Positions 1 to 9,669 of a stretch of DNA of 39,859 nt are shown one piece after another. Position numbers and translations under genes: made by a program. The stretch lies in the NCBI GenBank assembly GCA_046582655.1, contig JAYGDX010000374.1:1-39859 (forward strand), written 5' to 3'. Source of the DNA: Candidatus Poribacteria bacterium (GTDB lineage: Bacteria; Poribacteria; WGA-4E; UBA9662). The notes below the pieces were generated by a model, which saw only the letters and a list, made by a program, of their open reading frames with translations, ran no database searches and was not told the origin of the DNA. How positions within the stretch are numbered: the stretch's first letter is position 1; every line of letters begins with the position of its first letter.

Positions 1-1020
1 ATAACGGGACAATTATTCCGAATATCCAAAGAGCAGTGAAAGTTTCTTGAAAGGATCGTCTTTTGACAGTCAGGATTAGTGAAAGGATAATAGTGGCAAA
101 TACGAGAATGTAAAAGTGGGGATAATGTGTTGGTATATAGCGAAACAGGTGTTCATCCTAGCCACTGCTCCAACCTTCTACATGAGTATTTAAATGAGCA
201 AAAACCATCAATATTTCATAGAGGAACTCCTCCTTTGTAACGGAAAAAGCTATAGGCAGTCCATGGAATTGCAACCAGTAGACTAACACCAAATTGGCAA
301 GCAATATGACTGAACTTGACATCTTGGACCTTGGAGGATCTGAAGAACCGGAGTCTTTGTAAAATATAAATCGAGATAACAAGCCCAAAGGCTGTCAAGC
401 CAAGAAAGCTTTTGGATAAATAAGCCATTCCCTGGGCAACGCCTGACAGAATATAATAGTGAGTTTCTCCTTGGTTGATGGCTTTCAACAATAGATAACA
501 AGCCAGCTCTACCCAAAACAGGAGCGCTGTATCAACATAATCTGAAAACATATAGCCATGAATTAACTGGAGCACAAAGGGGTTAATGCCATGTAAAAAA
601 GCAGCTAATAATCCCACATGTTTATTATATAATTCCTTACCAATAAGGTAAGTCAACCAAACGGATAGCACACTTAAAACAAGAGAAGGGAGACGAAGAG
701 CGAAAGTATTTATGCCAAAAATGAGATAAGAAATAGCAATCTGCCACAAGGCGTAAGGTGGTTTATGCAGCCAAACATGGCTTTCATACCAACTGTCCCA
801 ACCACTAATATGGTAAGGCTGATAAGGTTGTTCATACAAAGTTGGTTTCCATAAATGCTTTGTTAGGTTTCTGGGCGACGATTGCATGGCACAATTCATC
901 GGAAAAACCTACTAGATGCGGATGCCAGAGATTATTCAGACGAATTAAAAAGACCGCCAATAATAAAGCGATTAGGAACCAGTGTATCTGAGAAAGTTTT
1001 AGTTGCTGACGCAATATCAT
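1..1020 (-). pseudogene. ArnT/PMT-like (GT39/GT83, GT-C fold) membrane glycosyltransferase, disrupted; runs off the window start
   Basis: Stitched from ORFs 832-1020, 216-899 and 158-388: 'FSDELCHAIVA|RNLTKH...WLHKPPYALWQIAISYLIFGINTFALRLPS' (DE motif plus the HKPP...G...A.RLPS signature). One extra base in GGG 873-875 and in TTT 234-236; in-frame TAG at 158-160 where Trp is expected. The frame continues hydrophobic (DEHLFRYIPTHYPHFYILVFATIILS...) to position 1. Confidence 0.85.
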
Positions 1021-1246
1021 TTCTACTTAGTCCAAATTTTTACATCCCCAAATTATTAGTATTGAGTTTGACAGATGAAGTTTTGGTGAAAAACCGACAA
1101 TTTCGCAACCTAATGCTGACTGAGATACCAATGTTTAAACAAGGCACTAATATCGTTAGCCGGTTAGTTTGGAAGTAACAAAGCTCAATATGAGAGTTAC
1201 TATGTCAGGATATGTTATTTCAGCTTCTAAAGGTAACAGATAAGCA

Positions 1247-2320
1247 TTATTCTAAAGGGTGTGATCGATCCGAAATAGGGAAATAGATGCGTGACCCGGA
1301 GAGTTGGGAAACGTAAGTACCGTGAATCATCTCCAGAGCCGCCACAGCATCTGCCGCACTTGAAATAGGCTCCTTATCATTTTCGATTGCCTTGATCAGG
1401 TCAATTGCTGCCAGCTGATTTCCTTCCATCAACTGGTTATTTTCCAGTTGGAGACTCTCCCATTTTTGGTCCTGATTTGCCGGGTTAAAATATCGGTGAG
1501 GGTAGAAATCTAAACTTTCGGATGCCCCGCCTCTCAATGAAATGATACCTTCGGTCCCAACAATGTCCATGCCGTAAGTTTGTTCTCCACCGGCACGATC
1601 TTTCTTAGACTGAAAGTAACCTGAGACGCCATTTTTGAAAGCAAAATAACTACGGATACAATCTCCGGCAATTGTGCCAACAGGTTCATTGGCTTTTCTT
1701 CCAGAGGAAGCGATAATTTCATTTCCATTTTCAGTCACGTGAGATGACATCCAATCAACGTTTCCAAAAAAGAATCGCATCATGTTAAACAGGTGGGTAC
1801 CAAGTACAATCATATCTTCACCACCACCTCTGTGATCCTGTGTCCCAGTGGCACTTACAACTTCGACCTCTCCAATTTTGCCACTTTCAATTAGCTGTTT
1901 GAGTTGATGCAGACGTGGTAGATAAACTGCTTGATGTGCAACAGCAACTTTCAGGTTTTTCGCCTTTGCAGTTTGCACAATTTGATCACCATCTGCTAAG
2001 GTCATTGTCATGGGTTTTTCGCAATATACATGACAACCATTGTTCAGACAGGCTAATACCATATCCAAATGTTCAGAAACCCAGCGTGGACAAACACTAA
2101 CAATATCTAGATCTTCCTCCACCAACATCTCATTATAATCAGCATAACTTGACATCGCGCCGGCCTCTTGGACGGCTTTCTCGCGGCCATCTGGATCTGG
2201 GTCTGCGATGCTGGTAAACTGAACATTATCCAGGCCTCTGTAGGCCAAATGAATTTGGTGGCCAAAATTGCCTGCACCGCTATGCCCAATCGCGCCAGCT
2301 CGATAAGTTTTTTTACTCAT
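1247..2320 (-). CDS. Gfo/Idh/MocA family NAD(P)-dependent oxidoreductase
   Basis: N-terminal Rossmann 'AGAIGHSGAGNFG', 'HVYCEKPM' motif, 'EDMIVLGTH'; AAGGAG Shine-Dalgarno (SD) upstream. Confidence 0.92.
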   Translation of the reverse strand: MSKKTYRAGAIGHSGAGNFGHQIHLAYRGLDNVQFTSIADPDPDGREKAVQEAGAMSSYADYNEMLVEEDLDIVSVCPRWVSEHLDMVLACLNNGCHVYCEKPMTMTLADGDQIVQTAKAKNLKVAVAHQAVYLPRLHQLKQLIESGKIGEVEVVSATGTQDHRGGGEDMIVLGTHLFNMMRFFFGNVDWMSSHVTENGNEIIASSGRKANEPVGTIAGDCIRSYFAFKNGVSGYFQSKKDRAGGEQTYGMDIVGTEGIISLRGGASESLDFYPHRYFNPANQDQKWESLQLENNQLMEGNQLAAIDLIKAIENDKEPISSAADAVAALEMIHGTYVSQLSGSRIYFPISDRSHPLE

Positions 2321-2492
2321 AATGTATGCTCCTTTATGTGTTTAGAAATAGAATTTGTTTAATTTTGGTGTATTCTAGCATTATCCCAATATAATAAATC
2401 TGTTACAGACTTTTGAGATTTCACCAAAAAGTCACTAGATTACCGACGGAATTTACAGTGTTCGGTTTAAAGCTGTATCAAGGAACTCGCTA

Positions 2493-3815
2493 CTATTTAG
2501 ACTCATTTCCTGTGATTTTCTGCTTCCGAGGTTCACCTAACCGATATGCATAATACAAGGCGACGAGACTAAAAATAAGCGAAAGTAAGAAATTAGTTTG
2601 GAACGATAGGTCTTCCGATATCACACCACCAATGAGGGGGAAAACGGCCGTTGGTGTAAGCATAATATTCATAAAAGCAATGTAGGACGGACGACGTGCT
2701 TCGGGGGCAATTTCCAGCAGGTAATTCATCCTACCAATCATCCCTCCATTATTCGTCATGGTAAAAATAGCGTACGCTAAAATCAGACAAATAAGGACTG
2801 GGGTGATAAAACCGAGCCCTGTGTTCCAACCCACCACAGCCAGTGACGTTTGCATCAGGTATCCAGACAGTAGGATCAGGACTGGCGATAGCATAAAAAC
2901 AAACGTATTCATCAACAAAAGAAGGCGATTTCCATATTTGTCTCCGATGTAGCTCCAAAGGAAGTTAATTGGGAGTGTCAGGCCAGCAGAAAGTATAATT
3001 AAACTACCAACGAAAGATTCAGGTACCTGAAGTGACTTGATAGCATAAGGAAGGTAGACGACCGGTCCAATCATAGCCATCGCCTGAGCTAGATTATTTA
3101 AATATTGGAATTTAAAGTTGTCGTCTGCCTTGAAAATACCAATGCCTTTGATAATATGCAGATAAATGGATGCACGCTTGGCGTTAGCATATCCAGCAGG
3201 TTCATTAATCGAACTAAAACTGAGGACGCAACAACCGAGAAAAAAGGCTGCAGTTGCATACAGGTAAGCGTAATTATGCGGAAACGATGGGCCTGTTTCT
3301 TCCAGCATGAATCTGACATAGAATCCGCTGGCGATACCAACCAATCCACCGAAAAAACCACGTAATCCCATCAATTGCCCTCGTCTGCGAAAGGAAATGG
3401 TCTTCGCGATGATTTCGTTAAAGCCTATACTGCTAGATCCAATTCCAGCCGAATAGAAACCTAGAAGAACTAAAAACAACCATATCAGAAGATTTGGCGA
3501 GGTTGCCCCTATGGTATAAGTTGCCAAGGCGATGAAACCTAAAATGATGACGCGGAAGGTCCCTCCACCAATATAGAATATTTTCTTTCGTGACCATGTT
3601 TCAGCAATGTTTGAAATAACCAAACTTGAAATTGTGTTCCCCAGACGCATGATAACAAAGGGCAGAGTTGTCAAAACCACGGAATTTTTCAACCGAAGAA
3701 TGAAAGCTGACAACACGAGTTCGGGTTGGATAACGGCCGTAACAACGTTCCATAGCGCGCCGTTGATAACGCCGATTAGGAACGCTTTTTCGTCGGTTTG
3801 ATCTTGATTATTCAT
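2493..3815 (-). CDS. MFS transporter
   Basis: About 12 hydrophobic segments; second-half motif A-like 'WSYIGDKYGNRLLL'; 'LEIAPEARRPSYIA'. Confidence 0.88.
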   Translation of the reverse strand: MNNQDQTDEKAFLIGVINGALWNVVTAVIQPELVLSAFILRLKNSVVLTTLPFVIMRLGNTISSLVISNIAETWSRKKIFYIGGGTFRVIILGFIALATYTIGATSPNLLIWLFLVLLGFYSAGIGSSSIGFNEIIAKTISFRRRGQLMGLRGFFGGLVGIASGFYVRFMLEETGPSFPHNYAYLYATAAFFLGCCVLSFSSINEPAGYANAKRASIYLHIIKGIGIFKADDNFKFQYLNNLAQAMAMIGPVVYLPYAIKSLQVPESFVGSLIILSAGLTLPINFLWSYIGDKYGNRLLLLMNTFVFMLSPVLILLSGYLMQTSLAVVGWNTGLGFITPVLICLILAYAIFTMTNNGGMIGRMNYLLEIAPEARRPSYIAFMNIMLTPTAVFPLIGGVISEDLSFQTNFLLSLIFSLVALYYAYRLGEPRKQKITGNESK

Positions 3816-3907
3816 TCACTATGCATAGGTATGAAAAGTATTTGGTAGGATTGATGATAGGAATTTTCTCGTCATATAATTGGTACGAGGTGTTTTTTCT
3901 TTAGTAC

Positions 3908-4723
3908 CTAGAAATTATGATAGTTTTCCGGCGTCCAATTGGGAACAGGATATCCAGGTGGCCATTCTTTACTGCCAACTATAGCCTCAAGTTTGTCCTT
4001 ATTGCCGCATAGCCAATAATACATCTCAGCTGCATCATACCAGCCGCGATGTTGCTGTTGGATAGACGGAACATTGAAGTTGGCGGGTGGTCGATGATTG
4101 AAGTCAGGTTCAGTCAACCAATCCCGCTTGGGGGGATTGGTTCTCCAATATATATACTTCAACATGTTGCGTATTCCTTTAGACGTAGAAACCCCACGGC
4201 GATGCCAAATTGAGTATGCGGTAATATAGATCGATCCCGCTGGCGCAGTGGTCAGCACAGAACCGCGTATGGCCTCATAATGTCCCATCCAACTCCCTAG
4301 AGAGAAAAGAAAGTGTGAACCAGGTAACACTTCTGTTGGTCCTAATTCCTCCGGTGTATCTTGCGGATAATAGAAGACTTGCAGATTGTTCAATTCACAG
4401 CCGTAACGTGAACCACCGTCTCGATGCCAATTTTGGGAAGTCCTAGGGCACTTAATCCGATGATTTGGCAACTTGATGGGCAAGGCAAAATTAGCGCCTA
4501 AAAGAGATCTAATTATGCCAACCACCTGAGGATTGAGGAAGACATGCTCAATAAACCAATCCTCTTTCAGCAGAGGTCTATGTCCGCTTTGATCAATGAA
4601 ATCAATCGTCCTTTGATTGATTTCATCTGGCACGATACCTTCTAACATCAGATACCCATCTCGGCAAAAAGAAAACACCTGTGAATCGGTAAAGGTTGGC
4701 TGGCAATCGTATACTTTGGCCAT
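3908..4723 (-). CDS. Phytanoyl-CoA dioxygenase (PhyH) family Fe(II)/2OG dioxygenase
   Basis: 'F.RDGYL', HxD 'WHRDG', 'GPTEVLPGSH', distal His in 'SIWHRRG'. Confidence 0.9.
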   Translation of the reverse strand: MAKVYDCQPTFTDSQVFSFCRDGYLMLEGIVPDEINQRTIDFIDQSGHRPLLKEDWFIEHVFLNPQVVGIIRSLLGANFALPIKLPNHRIKCPRTSQNWHRDGGSRYGCELNNLQVFYYPQDTPEELGPTEVLPGSHFLFSLGSWMGHYEAIRGSVLTTAPAGSIYITAYSIWHRRGVSTSKGIRNMLKYIYWRTNPPKRDWLTEPDFNHRPPANFNVPSIQQQHRGWYDAAEMYYWLCGNKDKLEAIVGSKEWPPGYPVPNWTPENYHNF

Positions 4724-5152
4724 TCTAAATCAAGCCCTATCTAAATTTAAGTTATGTGCAAGTCATAACAGTGATGATACAGTCTCTTATTGTCAAATAG
4801 GATTTTCAATTAAAATAGTGAATAAATCGAAGTTCCTAGATTACTTTAGTTCCAGATCTATTAAACAATCAGCTAAGCGAAATAGATAGACGCATTCTAA
4901 CACAATTCAGGTATAGGGAGAAAGAAGCTAGTTAGCTGAAAGTAATAGGATTTGACAAATGGTTCAGGACTACTATTCGTTGAAGTCACACTTGCGGTCA
5001 TCATTTTTTCAAATTGAGTGGAGATGACTCTGATGTTTTACACATATCGTTAAATAGTTTCGATCTACACCATCGGTGTGACCAATATTATGCCGGCTTC
5101 CTGTTGAGGAGTATGCCCGTAGCCACCGCTTGATAGCCGACCAACTCACTTA

Positions 5153-5467
5153 TCATCTATAATCTTCATCAGCTCTAAGATCACCATTCTTAGTCGGATG
5201 CCACTCTTCAGCTGTTTCTGAATAGAGGCTTGATAAGCTATTTGTTACCACTACTTTGATACCCAACACAACATGTGCAACTATCCTTTTACTTGCTCTT
5301 CGATTAGGAGCAGTCTCCTTCTCATGATCTAGTCCTTTATCATACTTCCACCACGCTTTTTTAGCTGAACCAGCTACAACCTCATTGGGCTTTAGATCGC
5401 CATTTAAAATTGTGTGTCGCTCTTTAGCTATCTCTAGATGTGTTTCAAGAATACTTCTTTTAGCCAT
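5153..5467 (-). pseudogene. Degenerate repeat of the treble-clef/zinc-ribbon (DUF4379-type) domain
   Basis: 'LETHLEIAKE.H...NGDLKPNEVVAGSAKKAWWKYDKGLDHE' and a second start 'SLSSLYSETAEEWHPTKNGDL' match the repeat. The Zn-ligand Cys residues (WWKC, CPxC) are lost and the ORF stops mid-repeat. Confidence 0.7.
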
Positions 5468-5728
5468 AAATCGACTGTTACCAGTCTTAGCGCTCTTTGA
5501 TTTAAGCTTTAACTTGAATATAGGTAAGAGACCTATTATCCTTATTTCTGTTAGGTTAGAGCATAATTTCCCTCACCTCTAAGGACAATTTGAAAATCTC
5601 CTTAGAGGCCATTCTGGTAAGTTTGGGGTTCTGAAGGACTGGGCTTAACTGCTACTATAAACGGGCTAAACCCTTAGTTACTCTGATGTCGAATAATAGT
5701 AAATTCAATATTAATATAGAATATTATA

Positions 5729-5756
5729 TTGACATATTTCTGTTTTTTCATAAAAT
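5729..5756 (+). promoter_or_regulatory. Sigma70-type promoter upstream of the 5866 lipoprotein gene
   Basis: TTGACA (5729-5734), 16 nt, TAAAAT (5751-5756), with AT-rich UP-like sequence upstream. Confidence 0.55.
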
Positions 5757-5865
5757 TAAGGCTTAGTAATTGACCGCCTGCGTTAGCCGTATAATTTTTA
5801 CTCATTGACTACGCTTTATATGAAACGTTTTTACACTGCTTGAAGTTATCCATTGGAGGTCGAAA

Positions 5866-6450
5866 ATGATAATCAATTCAAGTTTACGTCTGGTAACAAT
5901 TATCATATGCTGCGGTTTCCTGCTTACTATTGGCTGCGGAACTGATAATGATAAACCATCTATCACTAAACCTCAATTGCAAGCTATTGAAGAAGAGATA
6001 ATTCAAGTAGAAGTAGACTTCGTTGCCGAAGCTGAAAAAATCAGTCAAACGCTTTCAGCTCACGCTGCTGCTCATTTATCCAGAGATGTAGGCGAAGCTA
6101 TGAAATATTGGCTAAGATTAGAAAAACCTGATGTCTTTATGGGACGACATGGTTGGGGAGCCCTAATGATGTCAGAAAAATGGAGTGGGATAAAAGAATC
6201 TTTTGAAGAAACACAAAAAAAAATAGGTCGAAATCCAATTCCAGGGTTAGCTGAGAAAATTGGGATGGACTCCAGGGCTAAGAATGCTACAGTTCGTGGG
6301 AAAATGGTGCAGGATTGGGGTGGAGCCACGGGCTATTTGGCAGCGTTGCGCAAGGATAAAGATGGGGAGTGGAAAATTAGAGCGATTGATTTCTATCAAG
6401 GTAAAAAGGACCACAAACTCATCAAGGAAATCAAAACTCCTATTCAGTAA
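5866..6450 (+). CDS. Predicted lipoprotein with an NTF2/SnoaL-like C-terminal domain
   Basis: GGAGG SD; signal peptide with lipobox 'LLTIG-C'; C-terminal 'LRKDKDGEWKIRAID' typical of NTF2-like folds. Confidence 0.7.
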   Translation: MIINSSLRLVTIIICCGFLLTIGCGTDNDKPSITKPQLQAIEEEIIQVEVDFVAEAEKISQTLSAHAAAHLSRDVGEAMKYWLRLEKPDVFMGRHGWGALMMSEKWSGIKESFEETQKKIGRNPIPGLAEKIGMDSRAKNATVRGKMVQDWGGATGYLAALRKDKDGEWKIRAIDFYQGKKDHKLIKEIKTPIQ

Positions 6451-6630
6451 GCAATTTACTATTGAATGTCCGACCATAAGGAATTCAATTCACATATTAT
6501 CTACTTGAATGATAGGTGTCTTCTAGTTTTAATCCCTTATGAGGTAATCGGAATCGTGTGGTATAAATTCTTATCCCATTCTAAAATTCACTGCCATCTT
6601 TTGGTCAGGCCCCGTTGACGTCAATAACCT

Positions 6631-7107
6631 TTACTTCAAGAAATTTTTCATTTTCGAACCAAAAATGGGGATAAAGCGTCCCAATAAATATATCAAGGGT
6701 AGAATATAGTAAAAACGAGGAACAAATGGCCAAAATAAAGTTGCTTGGCCTAAGCGGGTAAACTTAGCGATCAAAAAAGCATCGTCATACCAATTTGAGA
6801 CGGGAAATGGGAAGCGATGCTGATGTATCGCGAGTGCGATAAAAAAAACTAGATCCTCTATTACGGGAAATAACCACATTGACCAAAAAACTGAAATCCA
6901 GTTGCGACAGAAAACAAAAGTAATTCCAACTGCTGTTAAAAGCATAAATGTCCAGTAGAAATACATGTTAGGGAAATACTTGGAGATTTTTAAAGCCCCA
7001 TTGTAATTAGGACTATGAAAAGCAAAGTACTCTAGCACTCCATAAATTATAGAGTAAACTACTGTACTCACCAGAGCTATCTCTTTAAAGTACCGATTTC
7101 CTGACAT
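6631..7107 (-). CDS. Hypothetical integral membrane protein (about 4 TM)
   Basis: 158-aa ORF with aromatic/hydrophobic segments and an intramembrane 'IEDLVFF'; no family recognised. Confidence 0.65.
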   Translation of the reverse strand: MSGNRYFKEIALVSTVVYSIIYGVLEYFAFHSPNYNGALKISKYFPNMYFYWTFMLLTAVGITFVFCRNWISVFWSMWLFPVIEDLVFFIALAIHQHRFPFPVSNWYDDAFLIAKFTRLGQATLFWPFVPRFYYILPLIYLLGRFIPIFGSKMKNFLK

Positions 7108-7230
7108 TGGCTTAGCGTCCAGCTAAGGGGATATGAATGGTTGTATGGGCGATGATAGATGGTACCCACGTAATTCGAGTATGGGATATGTTGACTGGTA
7201 GGGATAGTCAACATCCCCATCGGTTGGTCC

Positions 7231-7823
7231 TTATTCCCAAACATTGCCCCATATTGAACAAACCATATCCATTTGGTTTGAAACTATCTGCAGTGGACTT
7301 TTCCACTTATCCTTGCCACCCTTTCCTTTATAATTGGCATAGTCTCTGGCAGCACTTTGATCATCCCCAATAATATTTTTTATCAGCCATCCACTCCATG
7401 CTGAAAATGCTCATTCTGCTTCAGTGGGAAATCTCTTCCCCGCCTATTTAGCGTAAACGGTTGCATCGTGCCAAGTGACAAAGATCATCGGGTGTTTGTC
7501 ACTTGGTGAATATTTATAAATTTTCTCCCAATTGATAGGTGTGTCCGGTTTATAGTCAGACGATTTTACAAACTTCTTAAACTGACCCACCGTCATCTCG
7601 TAAGTGTCCATAAAGCATCAGATGCTTTAACTTTATTCTCCTGGGTGATAGCTTCCCGCTCAGGGGAAACAATATCACCAAATTCGTCGTCAGTAGCCGC
7701 TATTACTTCTCGAGTAGCAGGTGTTATTTTGAACTGCTCAGGAATCCGAACTATCTTGGCTTCATCTTTCTGCCAAGTGATCTTCTTCGCCTTAACACCT
7801 TTCAACCCCTTAGCACTCCTCAT
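7231..7823 (-). pseudogene. Formylglycine-generating enzyme (SUMF1/FGE-sulfatase) domain pseudogene
   Basis: Manual translation: 'KKITWQKDEAKIVRIP...MDTYEMTVGQFKKFVKS...HPMIFVTWHDATVYAK*AGKRFPTEAE*AFSA...SFKPNGYGLFNMG/GNVWE*'. Trp codons appear as TAG (7444-7446) and TGA (7411-7413), plus several frameshifts. Confidence 0.9.
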
Positions 7824-8178
7824 GTTATATTTAGTCCTTCGAACAGACGAGTGTGTGAGGTTTCTAGTTTGATGCGCCTGAGGTTAAAGATAAGATAACG
7901 CCTTTCTTTGAGAATCTGACTTACATGGTAAGCCTTCACCTTTTCCAAGCCAGCGGCTCGATTCGTCAAACCCAATTAGCGTCATCGAACCTGTTTCTTT
8001 ACTCTGATACGGCAATTGTGATAGAATGCTTCATCTGGTCGTTAAACCTGATTACCAGATTGGAGTTAAAAGACACAAAACCAATTGTCTGATGCAAACT
8101 TAGAAATATGGCTACGCCTACATCAACCTCAAGCGGATAAATTTAGAAAGAAGGGAGTGTCAAATTACAGAAGAAAGT

Positions 8179-8286
8179 TTGAAACTGGGAACATCTGAAA
8201 CACTTAAAGCAGTCAAAGAATACGAATCCCAACAATTTAAAGAATTAGCTATTAGGTTAACAGATAATATTTTAAAAGCAAGATAG
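8179..8286 (+). pseudogene. Possible C-terminal remnant of a HEAT/PBS-repeat protein
   Basis: 'LKLGTSETLKAVKEY' resembles the terminal 'L.KIGTPEALKAV.EY' HEAT repeat; short match only. Confidence 0.3.
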
Positions 8287-8316
8287 GTTTATGGTAATTC
8301 CAGATGGGGGCGTTCA

Positions 8317-9270
8317 ATGGTCACACTAGGCAACGGCGACTACACCTACGAAGTGTCAGGAGAGAATTGGGGCCAGCTCCCAGAAGGCTGGTTCTACAAG
8401 GAGGCTACTTCTGTGGACGTGGATTCCAAGGACAATGTGTATGTATTCAACCGGGGTAATCACCCTATGATAGTCTTCGACACCGAAGGCAACGTGCTAC
8501 GTAGTTGGGGTGAAGGCGGTGTTTTCACCAACCCCCATGCGGTGACCATCGCTCCCGACGACACCGTCTGGTGTGTTGACAATCAAGATCACTCCATACG
8601 CCATTTTACACCGGAGGGCAAGCTACTGATGACCCTCAATGAAAGGAATCAACACGCACCTGCCATGAGCGGCAAGCCTTTCTGTAGCCCTACCCGAGTG
8701 GCTATCGACCCCCGCAACGGCGATATTCTGGTAGCTGATGGCTATGGGAATGCCCGTGTCCATAGATTCTCGCCAGATGGGAAGCAGTTACTGAGTTCTT
8801 GGGGTGAGGCGGGCACCGAACCGGGGAATTTTAACCTTGTTCATGATATCGACGTGGACGAGGACGGCTACATATATATCGGTGACCGTGAGAACCGGCG
8901 TGTTCAAGTGTTCAACCCTGCCGGCAAGCTGGAGGCAAGATGGGTTGATCTCTCTAGGACGGCAGCGGTACATGTCTCAAAAGGTCTGGTTTATATAGGA
9001 GAGTATTACGCGGGCGGCAGCGAAGCCTATAAGGTGGCGGGACGATTGGGTCCTCGTGTATCCATACTGGATGTGAAAGGTAACACACTAGCCAGGCTCA
9101 GCGAGGAAGCCTTCGGTGACGAACCCGGCAGGTTCTATGCGCCACACGCAATAGCCACTGATTCCAATGATGATATCTACGTAGCAGAGGTTTCCTATGC
9201 TGAGTTCGGTATGCATATGGATTCCTCCAAAGAACTCCGTTCCATGCAGAAGCTGATCAAAAAATGCTAG
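8317..9270 (+). CDS. NHL-repeat beta-propeller, peptidyl-alpha-hydroxyglycine alpha-amidating lyase (PAL)-like
   Basis: Repeats 'VDVDSKDNVYVFNRG', 'PHAVTIAPDDTVWCVD', 'VADGYGNARVHRF', 'IGDRENRRVQVF', 'PHAIATDSNDDIYVAEV'; no signal peptide. Confidence 0.9.
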   Translation: MVTLGNGDYTYEVSGENWGQLPEGWFYKEATSVDVDSKDNVYVFNRGNHPMIVFDTEGNVLRSWGEGGVFTNPHAVTIAPDDTVWCVDNQDHSIRHFTPEGKLLMTLNERNQHAPAMSGKPFCSPTRVAIDPRNGDILVADGYGNARVHRFSPDGKQLLSSWGEAGTEPGNFNLVHDIDVDEDGYIYIGDRENRRVQVFNPAGKLEARWVDLSRTAAVHVSKGLVYIGEYYAGGSEAYKVAGRLGPRVSILDVKGNTLARLSEEAFGDEPGRFYAPHAIATDSNDDIYVAEVSYAEFGMHMDSSKELRSMQKLIKKC

Positions 9271-9669
9271 CATGCCGACGGCGGTCCTCTTGTGAGGGGA
9301 TCATACAGTTATTGCCAAACATGGAAGTTCCACTTGAAACCAATAGCACAACCATAAACCGAGATTGCCCCATAACCGCTGTCAGCCCATAGCTTTTGGT
9401 GTTCCACCAAAAAAGAAAACTTCCGAAAGTAATTCATAAGTGGAAAGTGCGCTCCACCAGTTGAGGGTCGAGGTAGATATGGCTGAATGAATTGCTATTG
9501 TTTATTTGTCAGCTCGGTGTCATAATTTCTAGGTTCCATTTTAGATTGATTCCTTATTCTAGTTTCTAATCGTTCTGACGTGGAACACTTTCAACATCAA
9601 CTTTCTACTAAACAAGTTCTTAGCGAAGGTCCTGATATAGATTACTTGTAGCATATTTCGGAGGATCCT

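Noticed and set aside
5085..5150. SAM-I-like 'CTATCAAGCGGTGGC...GCCGGCA' on the minus strand
   Set aside because: The core GAGGGA/GCAACC elements and P1 pairing are missing. The bases also translate as 'VGRLSSGGYGHT', possibly a GcvT C-terminal scrap, which is too short to call.
7137..7373. Plus-strand 78-aa ORF ('AMIDGTHVIRVWDM', faintly like a FolP C-terminus or WD40)
   Set aside because: Largely antisense to the FGE pseudogene, and the resemblance covers only about 14 residues.
9500..9669. NiCo riboswitch or metal-regulator operator upstream of czcC
   Set aside because: No recognisable four-way junction or strong palindrome; only a weak TTGTTT-17-CATAAT promoter candidate.
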